Source: Dictyostelium discoideum (taxonomy: Eukaryota). Taken from it: a DNA stretch of 64,000 nucleotides. The translations under genes and the position numbers were made by a program. The stretch spans positions 5,632,001 to 5,696,000 of the forward strand of contig CM000152.2 of assembly GCA_000004695.1 (NCBI GenBank). The letters run 5' to 3'. Below are positions 40,587 to 52,002 of this stretch, piece by piece. The stretch's first letter is position 1. Each line of letters begins with the position of its first letter. The notes beneath the pieces were generated by a model. That model was not told where the DNA came from and ran no database searches. It saw only the letters and a program-made list of their open reading frames with translations.

Positions 40587-42703
40587 ATGAATTGTGGCGG
40601 AGATAGAAATATATCAAAAGAAGTGTGTTTAGAAGTAATTAATGATTATAGAATGGTATCACTCTGGGAAGAAATGCATAAAGGTCATATAGGAAGAGAT
40701 GCAACCTATGGGAACTACAAGACTAAATATTATAATATGGGATTGTATTCTTTTGTATCTGATGCAGTAGATACGTGTGACATTTGCCAACGAAATAGAA
40801 TAAAAGGTTTGGTATCAATCATTTTTATATGATGTTTTGTAACTTTTATATTAAAACTCTTTTAATAATTTAAATAAATTAATAGGTATAACAAAGGATT
40901 TTGCTCCAATTGTAGATACCGAGGAATACTCAAGATTGGTTTATGATTTAACATCAATTAAAGGTGAACATAAAGAAAAAGTTACATACGATGATGATAA
41001 TGAAAAGATACTAACTAAACTAGATGATCTTATCCAATATGACTCTGTACAACCGTACGACACCGATGTTGTTTACATTATTCTATGCATAGATTCTTTT
41101 ACAAAATTTGCTACTGGAAGGTATTTATTTTTTATTTATTAATTTATTAGTTTTCTTTTTTTATTTTAATTATCATTTATTTTTTAGATGTTTGACAACA
41201 AAGAGAACAGTTCCCATATACAATTTTTTGGCTCTCACGTACTTTGGCAAACCTGTGAAAGTATGGCACTGCGATAATGGACGTGAATTTAAAAACAAAG
41301 TCCAAAAAGAATTCCTAAAACTTTTTCCAGGCTCCAAGTCAGCACATGGAGCTCCTCGTACACCAACAACTCAAGGTATGGTAGAAAGATTGAATCGAAC
41401 TATCAAGGAGAGGATCTCAAAATTAAAACAACAAGAGTATGATATTGTGAACAATATAAATTATCGATATGTTTATTAATTAATCATTTATAAATAAATT
41501 TTAGTTTTCTTGATGGTACTTCTAGGTCTCTTTCTGAACTATTAAAACAAGCTTTGTATGATTACAATAATACAAAAACAAGAACAATTAAAATGACACC
41601 ATCTCAAGCTGTTGGTATTGTTCCTTTGTTTATTAATGTTCAATCAGAACAAGACTCTCAATCAATTGGTGTTTCAGATGTTTCAAAAGAAGAAAGAACA
41701 GCTATTATTCTTGAAAATCTCACAAGTTACCAAAATCAATGGAATTCAAAACCACCAAAGGGATTGAAAGTTGGTGATACTGTACTCTTTCTAGAAATTA
41801 AAAAAAATAATGTAAGTAATTAAAACATAAAGATTAATAATATATGAAACAGTAATAATTAACAAATTTTATATTTAATTCTAATAGAAAATATTGATTT
41901 TGTGTAAAATTCATAAGGTAATACAGGAAGACACTAAACAACTTTATAAACTTGAATTTTTGGAAGATGGAATCAATAGCCTTCAAAAAAAAGGTTTATA
42001 CTCTGGTTTTGTAGGAGGTAACAAGTTGGTTCTTTATAAACAATCAACAGTTGATATTTTTAGAACATCGCCAAACATACAAAAAGATATTGATTCTTTT
42101 ACTTCTGGTCTTTATTTAAATAATGATGGGAAAGTTATTGAATTTCTGGTTCAGTTTATTAAAAATCTTGGTAAGGATTTATCCAATTTCAACTTGCATC
42201 AATTGGTAACACAAAATGATCCATTTAGGGTTTTGGAAGATGCTCTTAACAATCCATCAAATATTCCACCTATCATTAACGATAATCCATTTCAACACAA
42301 ACTCAATAATGAAATGGAACAAGAAGAAATACTCCCATTTTTAAATAATAATCCAACAGCGCCAAATTTAATGAATTGTTTGAGAAAGGATATGAATTTA
42401 AAAGAAATAGTACCACCAATACCTCAAGTGCAAATAATACCATCGTATACTATACCACAATCTGGTAGTGGTATAGTAACAACTGTTAAACGTCTCAGAG
42501 GCCGTCCTCATAAGATACCAATTGTTAATAAACCTCCTTTAAAATCACATTCTAAACCATCCAAATCACCTCTCAAATCACCATCCATTTCACCTTCCAA
42601 TTCACCATTTAAATCACCATTTAAATCACCTTCCAAATCACCATTTAAATCACCTCACAGCAAAGAAAAATGCACCTTTAAAGCAAATTTAAAGAAAAGT
42701 TGA
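40587..42703 (+). CDS. Integrase (HHCC zinc finger, DDE core, C-terminal domain, AT-hook/SPKK tail) of the transposon. At least 5 exons: about 40587..40804, 40873..41127, 41188..41444, 41505..41813, 41888..42703.
   Basis: The HHCC region reads EEMHKGHIGRDATY...CDICQRN. The DDE residues are in CIDSFTKF, CDNGREF and HGAPRTPTTQGMVERLNRTIKE, the last matching the signature integrase H.....P.TQG..ER.N. The post-DDE motif is LYDYNNTKTRTIKMTPSQAV. The C-terminal tail has an AT-hook (KRLRGRPHK) and repeated (S/K)PxKSP units. Donors are GTATTT, GTATGA and GTAAGT, paired with T-rich ...AG acceptors. Confidence 0.75.
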
Positions 42704-43900
42704 TTTAAATTGGATTTAAATTGAATTTAAAGCCGCGTTTAAAAAATTCATTTTTAAGGTAATTTTTAAGGTAATTTTTAAGATATTTAAAAATGCCTTT
42801 AAAATTTGCTTTAAAATAAATTTTTAAGCAATTTTAAAGGTGATTTTAAAGGTGATTTTAAAGGTGATTTTTAAGGTAATTTTTAAGATAATTTTTAAGA
42901 TATTTAAAAATACCTTTAAAATTTATTTTAAATTAATTTTAAATAGGATTTAAAGTAGATTAAAAGTAGATTTAAAGTGAATTTAAATTTCCTTTAAACA
43001 TAAATTTAAGGTTTTTAATAAAAAAGATCTAATTTTAGCACAAAAAAATGGGGATAAAATATTCTATCATTTTTAAATTTTTCATCAAAGCAATCAAATG
43101 GTGTAATGGTTGATGAGACTACCCTTTGATAGAGGGTCGGGGGATCGAATCCCTTTTGGGTAATTTTTGAAAAATTAAAAAAAAATTTTAAAAAATTTAT
43201 CCGTTAAATAACGGATTCGAACTCAGGACCTCGCTTTTAAAGCCATTAAAAAGGTAATTTTAAAGGTAATTTTAAAGGTAATTTTTAAGGTGATTTTAAA
43301 GTAACCTTAAAAATTACCTTTAAAATTACCTTTAAAATTACCTTTTTAATGGCTTTAAAAGCGAGGTCCTGAGTTCGAATCCGTTATTTAACGGATAAAT
43401 TTTTTAAAATTTTTTTTTTAATTTTTCAAAAATTACCAAAAGGGATTCGATCCCCCGACCCTCTATCAAAGGGTAGTCTCTTCAACCATTACACCATTTG
43501 ATTGCTTTGATGAAAAATTAAAAATGATTGATTTTTTTTTCCCCATTTTTTTGTTCTAAAATTAGATCTTTTTTATTAAAAACCTTAAATTTATGTTTAA
43601 AGGAAATTTAAATTCACTTTAAATCTACTTTAAATCTACTTTAAATCCTATTTAAAATTAATTTAAAATAAATTTTAAAGGTATTTTTAAATATCTTAAA
43701 AATTATCTTAAAAATTACCTTAAAAATCACCTTTAAAATCACCTTTAAAATCACCTTTAAAATTGCTTAAAAATTTATTTTAAAGCAAATTTTAAAGGCA
43801 TTTTTAAATATCTTAAAAATTACCTTAAAAATTACCTTAAAAATGAATTTTTTAAACGCGGCTTTAAATTCAATTTAAATCCAATTTAAATCCTTAAGCA
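42690..43900. repeat. Near-perfect palindrome (inverted repeat) of about 1.2 kb, centred near 43290, inside the transposon. It contains tandem 12-mers (AAAGGTAATTTT / AAAGGTGATTTT) and tRNA-like A-box/B-box modules.
   Basis: 42700..43290 is the reverse complement of 43290..43880 over hundreds of bases. Examples are TTGATTTAAATTGGATTTAAATTGAATTTAAAGCCGCGTTTAAAAAATTC versus its complement at 43830..43890, and CAAATGGTGTAATGGTTGATGAGACTACCCTTTGATAGAGGGTCGGGGGATCGAATCCCTTTTGGG versus its complement at 43440..43500. The centre is (GGTAATTTTAAA)n running into (TTAAAATTACC)n. Confidence 0.85.
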
Positions 43901-44933
43901 ATTAATTATTAAGCGATTAAGGTGTTTTCTTTGCTGTGTTCCAAATCACCATCCATTCACTTCCAATCACCATTAAATCCCTTCCAATTCACCTTTTAAA
44001 TCACCATTTAAATCACCTTCCAAATCACCATCAATAGGAAAAATCGTTAATGTGATCCTTCAAAAAAAGTTGCAAAAACAAAGTTAACAAGGACACAAAA
44101 ATTAGAACTTGATTTGGTTGCAATTAATAGAAGGGGGTATGGGGAAATTAGAAAATAAAAACAAGTGGCCAAATCAAAAAAACAAAAAAAACACAAATCA
44201 ACACAAAAAATTAAAAAAAAAAAAAAAAATTAAAAATTAAAAAAAAAAAAAAATTGAAAAAAATAAAAAAAAATTACATTTGTTAAAAAAAATAAAAAAA
44301 AATAAAAAAAAATAAAACTTAAAAAAAATTGAAAAAACAAAATAAAAAAAAAAAATTGAAAAAACAAAATAAAAAAAAATTTCAAAAAAAAAGAATGATC
44401 GAAGAATTAATAGATTCGATAAAACTCTTAAGAAATTTAGCCATTGAATATGGCAATGAAGAATAGTTAGATTCAGAGGAAAATTTGACTAAATTCCTCG
44501 AAAAAGCAGCCAAAGTACTATATGTAAATAGTGGTGATGCTTTAATCGTTAAAAATCCAAATATGATGTTAGAAGCATTAGAATTAAAATCAAAACAATT
44601 TCACCAACATTGTGTAAAAACTGTAATAGAAAACGAATTATATTTGGACTTTTTTGTATACAAAGGAAAATGCAAAAACATCAAATGCACCAGAGGTAAC
44701 AAAGCTAGAAAAAATTCAATTGTGTGCAGTGTTTACAGTGATATGGTAAATCAAGCAATTGAACAACTCAGGGAGTTAATAAAAATAAATTAATAAAAAT
44801 AAATTAAAAAAAAAAAAATTGAAAAAAAAAAAAAATTAACAATAATAATAAATAAAATAATAATTAAAACAAAAATAAAAATTACAATTTAATAAACAAA
44901 TAAAAATTGAAAAAAATTTAAAAAAAAAAATTG

Positions 44934-44973
<40 letters not shown>

Positions 44974-45311
44974 AACAATAATTATAATAAAAATAAATAA
45001 AATAATAATTAAAACAAAAAATAAAATTTCAATTTAATAAACTTTATTTGTTTTTTGAAAAAAAAAAAAATTTAAGGTCAGTGATTTTTTTTTTTCACTA
45101 CGCTACTGTAGTGAAATTAAATAATAAAATTCACTACGCTACTGTAGTGAAATTTTATGGAAAATTCCCTACAACAAAATAGTTAAGAACAATTAAAATA
45201 ATGATTTTTTTTAGTCTTGATTCAGCACATTGGTATTTTAATAGGTTTCTTTAAAAACGGAAAATAAAATTAAAAAAAAAATAAAAAAAAAATTAAGTGT
45301 GTTCCAGAAAG

Positions 45312-45347
<36 letters not shown>

Positions 45348-45612
45348 AAAAGGCAGAATTAAATTAATTTTTCAGCACTTTTATGGTGAAATTTTTACAT
45401 CCCCACCCCAAAAAAAATATAAAAACAATTTTTTTTTAGATTTCATACAAATAAAAACATTGCTATTTTTTGATTATTTTTTTTTTTTTTTTTTACCTAA
45501 AAGCGGTATATTGTTATATTTTATTACATTTTTAAATTTTTAGATTTTTAAATTTTTAAATTTTTATATTGTTATATGTTGATATTTTTGGTTATATTAT
45601 GATTACTACTAC

Positions 45613-45614
45613 CT

Positions 45615-45651
<37 letters not shown>

Positions 45652-47950
45652 TATAATGGAATTGGGTTTGGAGTGTTCGGGTTATGCCATGATGTGTTGA
45701 AGTTGATTATTAATTGGTCTCTGTTATTTAATTTGTATATTGTTTCATTCCTTTCGATCTTCTTTATTAAAATGAATTTCTCTATTTTAATTAAGTTGGT
45801 TAGTTCTTTTTCAATTAATGTTGGATCAAATGAGGGTGGAGATTTAGATTCGTCTTGATTGAATAGTTTGTGACAAATTATTCTCCATAGTTGATGTATA
45901 ATTATGCCGATTAAATTTGGGTAGATTCTTTCTTTTTTATTTGTTTTGCTAATATCTAGTGAATTGAGATCCCAATTTCTGATCTTGAAGAATGAGAGAT
46001 TGTTGAATGTTGAAATTATTATGTTTTCTATTTCTTTTACTTGCATACAGTCTATAAAAAGGTGAGTGTATGGGTCACGGATTATATTGTTACAGATTTT
46101 GCATGGTACGTTACGTTCATAGTTGATTCCAGGAAGTGACCTTGAGAAAAATCTGAATAGTGTATTTCTACCTTTTTGATGTGATATGTGGTTGATATGT
46201 TGGAAGATGGATGGTATGTTGATGTTATTTATTGAAATTAGATTTTTTTGTCCATCTGTTTTTCTTATTGATTTGTATTTGTGAGTGATTAACATGTTAT
46301 AGATTTCTTTAAGTTGAAGTGGCTTTTTGTTTTGACCTTTGATACAATCAGGTAGTGATTTTAGTTTATTGTGTTGTGGTGCAAAGTTGTTTCTAAAATC
46401 TTTCCATCTGTCTACCATCTCTCTTAATCCAATTGATATATATTTGCTGTTGCTGATTTGTTCCATATACCATTCTTGTAGTATGTTGCATGCTTTTATC
46501 TTGATAATGTGTAATAATCTATTCATGTTCCAAACTTTGAATGCTATTTGTCTGATACCTAAGTCCCACATCTTAATTCCACCTTCTTTCCAATCACCGT
46601 ATGCTCTATCCATTGTCATTAATGTTCTATATTTATGTTCTTCTGTGTATGTATTTTTAATTGCGGAGAAGAGGAACCATTTAATGATATTGTTTAGTTC
46701 AGTAATGTGTGATTCATTTAGTGAGTCTAGATATTGATGGTAGGATAATCTCGATAGCGCATATGTTTTGACAATTGTCATCTTTGCTCTTATTGTAGTT
46801 GCTTGACTTTTCCAATTGTTTAAGCTATCTTTGATTGAGTTGATGATTGATGTGATTTTTGAATTGAGGCCCACTTTCGTGAAATTGAGACCCAAGTATC
46901 TTTCTGGAGCTTCACTAATCTTAAATGGGAGGTTTGGTGGTATATTACCAATGCATATCATAACAGTTTTCTCTTGATTAAGTTTTGAAGATGTACCTAG
47001 ACAGTAGTTGTTGATTTTATCCAATACTAATTTTAATTCTTCTGCTGAGTTGTTGAAAGTTGACATATCATCTGCGAATGCTGTTAGCTTGATTCTTTTC
47101 TGGTCTGATAATTTAAATCCTTTAATTTCGTTTTCTTTAAGTATATCAATTAGTAGTGCTTCCATTACAAGTGCAAATATTGTTGGTGATAATGGATCTC
47201 CTTGTTTTGTGCCTCTGTTAACTGTAATGTGTCCCACCAGGAAGTCATTTATCTTGATCTTATTCGTTGTTTCTTTTAATAGATTCATTATTAATTCTAC
47301 TATCGTTTTTGGTATGCCAATGTGGCTCAATGTTCTTCTGATACTTTTGTGGCTAATTGAGTCGAAAGCTTTGTTGAAATCGAAGAATGTGATTAACGTA
47401 GTACTGTTTCTTGATTTGTTTGCTCTTTCGATTACCTCCTTCATTATTTGAATATTATCTTGGATGTAACGATTTGGAACAAACCCATTTTGAAATTTGT
47501 TTATTATTTTCTTTGTAACTGCAAGTAAACGGTTGTTGATGATCTTACTTAATAGTTTGTAGTCCGTATTGAGTAGAGTAATTGGTCTTCTATTAGCTAT
47601 TTGTAGTTCATCTCCTTTCTTGAATAGTGTTGTGATAAATCCTTCTTTGAATTTTGGATTGATTTCTTTTTGATTAGTTAATGTATCATTAAATACTTTT
47701 GCTAAGATTGTTGAAAGTGATGCAGAGTGGTTTCTATATAATGCAGCATTGATTCCATCTAGTCCTGGAGATTTGTGTGGATTAGAATTTTTAATTGCAT
47801 TATTGACTTCTTTTGGTGTGATTGCACTATCTAATGATAGTCTGGAAATGTATTGTTTGTCCACTATCCATTTATCCAATAGTTCCCTATTTTTTGATTA
47901 TTGATTTAGTTAAACTGAACATATAAACAATGTAATGCATCAAAACACAA
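45613..47950 (-). mobile_element. 5'-truncated non-LTR (LINE, TRE/L1-like) retrotransposon copy. It has an RT domain, a C-terminal Cys/His motif and a 3' poly(A).
   Basis: The 742-aa ORF has no ATG; it opens right after a stop and uses TTG in the track. It begins within the RT fingers: FDFNKAFDSISH, QGDPLSPTIF, FADDMSTF. It ends with CKICNNIIRDPYTHLFIDC. About 35 T on the plus strand (45613..45648) abut the stop, which is poly(A) on the element strand. There is no endonuclease or ORF1. The 5' end lies less than 80 bp downstream of tRNA-Ser and in the same orientation. Confidence 0.75.
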
Positions 47951-47956
47951 AAGATT

Positions 47957-48052
47957 CGACGCCTGCAGGATTTGAACCTGCGCCCCCGAAGGGATTGAAT
48001 TACTCTTTTATATGATTCGAGTCCAACTCATTAACCACTCTGACAAAGCGTC
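47957..48052 (-). tRNA. tRNA-Ser (anticodon CGA), class II, with a long variable arm and an intron of about 15 nt after position 37.
   Basis: The minus strand reads GACGCTTTGTCAGAGTGGTTAATGAGTTGGACTCGAA[tcatataaaagagta]ATTCAATCCCTTCGGGGGCGCAGGTTCAAATCCTGCAGGCGTC-G. The acceptor stem is GACGCTT/AGGCGTC. The anticodon stem is TTGGA/TTCAA with loop C-U-C-G-A-A. The variable-arm hairpin is CCC-TTCG-GGG. The T-arm is GCAGG-TTCAAAT-CCTGC. Confidence 0.8.
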
Positions 48053-48139
48053 ACAATTTTTAGATGATTTTATCTGCATTTCTCAATTGAAATTAGAGAG
48101 GATAATGTTCATAGTAAACTGAATAAATTTATTCAAATT

Positions 48140-48178
<39 letters not shown>

Positions 48179-48514
48179 TTTAACTGTTTTAATTCTATTT
48201 AAATTATATATTACCTTTTTTGATAATTAAATAAGAATTTTTTAAATTAATTTTTTTTTTATATTTTAAATATTTTGTAAATTTTTTGGATGTTTGTGAT
48301 TTTTGTATATTTTATACTTTCATTTTGGGTGGGTTCAGTTCCTTAATTCGAAGGATCAAAATAAACAAAATCATCTCTAGGAACCTCAAAAAGTTCAATG
48401 GAACACATCATATAAAACAATACTCTTCCTAAAAAAATGAAATTTGAAAGATTACAATGGAATTATGACTATTTAAATACTTTTTTTATTATTATTATTA
48501 TTTTTTTATTATTT

Positions 48515-49436
48515 TCATTTTAATATTTTCAATTTTTTTTCAAAGAATTCTTGATATGTTTCAGATGGAAATGAACCGGCAGAGAGCTTATCTAAACACT
48601 TCATCATGTAATTGAAAACAAGAGGGTTCCAGTCTTGTTGGCCCTTGGAAATTATTTGTTTATTTGATACATCAGTAGAGTTGAAACCTAAGCACACCAA
48701 TTCAATATTATTTTTAGTATAGCCTTTCTTGTTGTGGATCCTATTTACAGATAATTTGAAAACTCTATTATTTTCTCCAATATCACCGAGCTGATAGTGA
48801 ATTTGGCTCATCTGGTCTTCTTACAAATTTGGCCTTGGTAATGGCACATCTATCATCATTATTATCACATAGTTTTTCTAATGTTTCTCTTGTTAAACTA
48901 AATTTTCCATATTTTCCATTTTTTTATATGTTGATGGGATCTTTTGTTTGCATTATTTGAAATGTTACGCATAAAATAAGTGTTACCTCCTTTTGACCTG
49001 AATTATTAAAAAAAAAAAAAAAAAAAAAAAATTAAAAACTATAATAAGAATATGCGAAATAATAATAAAAAACTTACAAACACATTTTACATGTCAATAC
49101 ATTTTCTCTTTCATAATTCCATAATGGTTTATCTTGTAAACAACCTATACATTTTTTAAAAATATTAACATCACAATTCTTTAAAAGATCTTTGAAATTA
49201 TCCGATCTTTTAAAGGGAACTATTAATTCATCTTCACTTGAAATGTGTTTCAATTTAAGAAATGAATCTCTTGGATATTTAAAACAATGTTGAGTTATTC
49301 TATGATTAACATCAATATCATTATGATACAAAATACAATGGCCAATATAATTTACAGTAAAAATGTTACAACCAATACAATAACCATTTACTATTTCTGA
49401 ATTTTTTTTTCTTTTTTCAATTCTTCTTCCTCTCAA
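48515..49436 (-). pseudogene. Cys-rich N-terminal domain plus HNH (HNH_3-like) endonuclease-domain gene, apparently fragmented into three ORF segments in different frames.
   Basis: ORF 49074..49436 (MRGRRIEKRKKNSEIVNGYCIGCN...CIGCLQDKPLWNYERENVLTCKMCL) has several CxxC pairs. ORF 48515..48811 (...VNRIHNKKGYTKNNIELVCLGFNSTDV...) matches the HNH motif H-N-N with the N..L..C..CN pattern of phage and homing HNH_3 endonucleases. Between them lies a third open segment (...NTYFMRNISNNANKRSHQHIKKMENMENLVLTRETLEKLCDNNDDRCAITKAKFVRRPDEP) in another frame. I could not find a consistent GT...AG splice path that joins the pieces. Confidence 0.45.
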
Positions 49437-49621
49437 CCATTATTTTTATACATCTAACACAGGTTTCAAAAATTCAACTATAAAATGATGACGGTGAACG
49501 AAGTCTATTACAAAATTTACATATTATAAAACTTTTAAAACTTTTATAAATTGAAAGAAAAAAAAAAAAAAAAGATTAATAATTTTTATAAAATATAATA
49601 CTTCATTGATTAATTTTATAA

Positions 49622-50185
<564 letters not shown>

Positions 50186-50253
50186 TATAATAATAATAAA
50201 ATAGAAATAATATAATGGGAACCTAAGATTGAATGTGGAAATCAAAAAAGGAT

Positions 50254-50306
<53 letters not shown>

Positions 50307-50683
50307 TAATTTTTTATTTTTTTTTTTTTACAATTCAATAGAATAATTTAATCGTATATAATACTTATCTCTCTTACATCATATAAATATAGGTTTGTTA
50401 AAATTATAATTTTTTTAAGAATTAATGTATCTTTTTATATTGTAAAATATTAATGAGGTTTACTCTTATTTCAATCATATTAGTTTCATTTTATTTATTG
50501 TCGAAAAGTTATTTAGGCCAAGGCTAGTGAAAAGCTGTATTCAGTGGGCAGAAACTGGACTCACCATATAGATGCAGGCAGTGACTCTTCAGTGAATCGG
50601 AGCAGGTTACCTGAGTGGCAGTCCCTTAATACAAATTAGTTTACTATGAACATTATCCTCACTAATTTCAATTTTTTTTTTTG

Positions 50684-50776
50684 ACGCAATTATTAATTGC
50701 TTCTCCCTGAGATGCTAGATCTCATTTTATTTGTAGTTTTTTACAGGGTCTCTAAAAGAGGGGTTAGTTTACTTTT

Positions 50777-50816
<40 letters not shown>

Positions 50817-50836
50817 TATATTTTCTTTAAAAAGTT
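50684..50836 (-). mobile_element. Retroelement-derived insertion of 153 bp with a 16-bp target-site duplication, ending 48 bp upstream of a tRNA-Ser pseudogene (TRE5-type position).
   Basis: The TSD CTCACTAATTTCAATT occurs at 50668..50683 and 50837..50852. The same site is uninterrupted upstream of the intact tRNA-Ser copy (CCTCTCTAATTTCAATTGAGAAATGCAG at about 48080). On the minus strand the insert reads unique sequence, (A)~36, unique sequence, (A)9, which is a non-LTR-like A-tail. The distance from the proximal junction to tRNA +1 (50885) is 48 nt. Confidence 0.5.
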
Positions 50837-50884
50837 CTCACTAATTTCAATTGACAAATGCAGATAAAATCATCTGAAATTTGT

Positions 50885-50967
50885 GACGCTTTGTCAGAGT
50901 GGTTATTGAGTTGGACTCGAAGCATATAAAAGAGTAATTCAATCCCTTCGGGGGCGCAGGTTCAAAT
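50885..50967 (+). pseudogene. tRNA-Ser(CGA) pseudogene. An inverted duplicate of 47957..48052, diverged and truncated in the T-loop.
   Basis: GACGCTTTGTCAGAGTGGTTATTGAGTTGGACTCGAAGCATATAAAAGAGTAATTCAATCCCTTCGGGGGCGCAGGTTCAAAT then TAAGTAG... It lacks the 3' T-stem and acceptor strand and has 2 substitutions. About 55 bp of 5' flank (CTAATTTCAATTGA(C/G)AAATGCAGATAAAATCATCT) is shared with the intact copy. Confidence 0.7.
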
Positions 50968-51059
50968 TAAGTAGTAATGGATAATTAATTACACAACAAC
51001 AGAAGATATTGCCAAGTTTTATAAAACTAGATTTTGTTGGTTCAATATATTTTAATATC

Positions 51060-51090
<31 letters not shown>

Positions 51091-51181
51091 ATTATTAAAA
51101 AAAAAAAAATTTAATCAATATAATTAATGTAATGTAATTAGAAATAATATTAATAATTAATTTATTTATTTATTTATTAAT

Positions 51182-51212
<31 letters not shown>

Positions 51213-51945
51213 TATTTATTTTTGTTTATAGTTTTTTTAATTTTGTATGGCCCCAAAATTTTTGAGACTAAACAAATCCATAACGAAAATTTAAAACTGG
51301 GCTTTGTCCATATTTCCCCGCCCATCTGTTTTTATTTTTTTTTTTTTTGTTTTAAAACCATCATAATTACAAAAATAATAACAATAAAATAAAAATAAAT
51401 TAATTCATTTTATAAGTAGCGACAAAAAAAAAAAATAGGTTAAAAAATTATTAATTGATTTGATCTGAAAAAAAAGTAAATATAAAAAAAAAATAAAAAT
51501 TTAAAAAATAAAATTAAATATTTGATACCCAAATACTACACCAAACCAAACTAAATAAAAATAAAAAAAACAAATATATAAAAAAAAAAAAAAAAAAAAT
51601 ATAAGAATTAAAAAAAAAGTTGGGTTTTGGTATCGAAAATTTTTAAAAATAACAAAAGAATAACATCAAAAACTCACTATATATAGAATGTTTTTTTATT
51701 GTTTATTTATTTCTTATTTATTAGAATAAAAAAAAAAACAATAATATAAAAAAAAATAATATAAAAAAAAAAATAAAAAAAAAATAAAAATAAATTAAAA
51801 CAAAAAGAATTCGATATTATTTAAAATTTTTTTTTTTTTTTTTTTTTTCTTTTTTAAATTAATAATTTTATTATTTTATTATATTATTTTTATACTATTA
51901 ATTTATATTAATAACTATAAAGAACTATTTAAATAATAATATATT

Positions 51946-52002
<57 letters not shown>

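Larger units (their letters stand above)
40055..45177 (+). mobile_element. DNA transposon of about 5.1 kb bounded by imperfect terminal inverted repeats of about 120 bp. It encodes an intron-containing retroviral/LTR-type DDE integrase, which makes it Tdd-4/DDT-like.
   Basis: The left end 40055..40170 (TTGTTGTAGGGAATTTTCAATAAAATTTCACTACAGTAGCGTAGTGAA, with CACTACAGTAGCGTAGTGA twice, ...TCACTGACCCTAAA) is the reverse complement of 45060..45177. The T-rich subterminal region on the left mirrors the A-rich one on the right. Internal contents are the integrase gene, an AT-hook tail, a central palindrome and a small ORF at 44485..44793. A TSD could not be confidently determined. Confidence 0.7.

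Noticed and set aside
43098-43400. Possible tRNA genes (Ile-GAU-like and another) inside the transposon palindrome.
   Set aside because: A-box, B-box and anticodon-arm-like segments are present, but the D-stem and T-stem cannot be paired and the variable region is too short. They are better described as tRNA-derived or B-box modules than as tRNA genes.
48138-48172. Poly(A) run of about 35 nt, 85 bp upstream of the intact tRNA-Ser, as a possible retroelement tail.
   Set aside because: There is no adjacent unique element body and no TSD. Long A/T homopolymers are ubiquitous in this genome.
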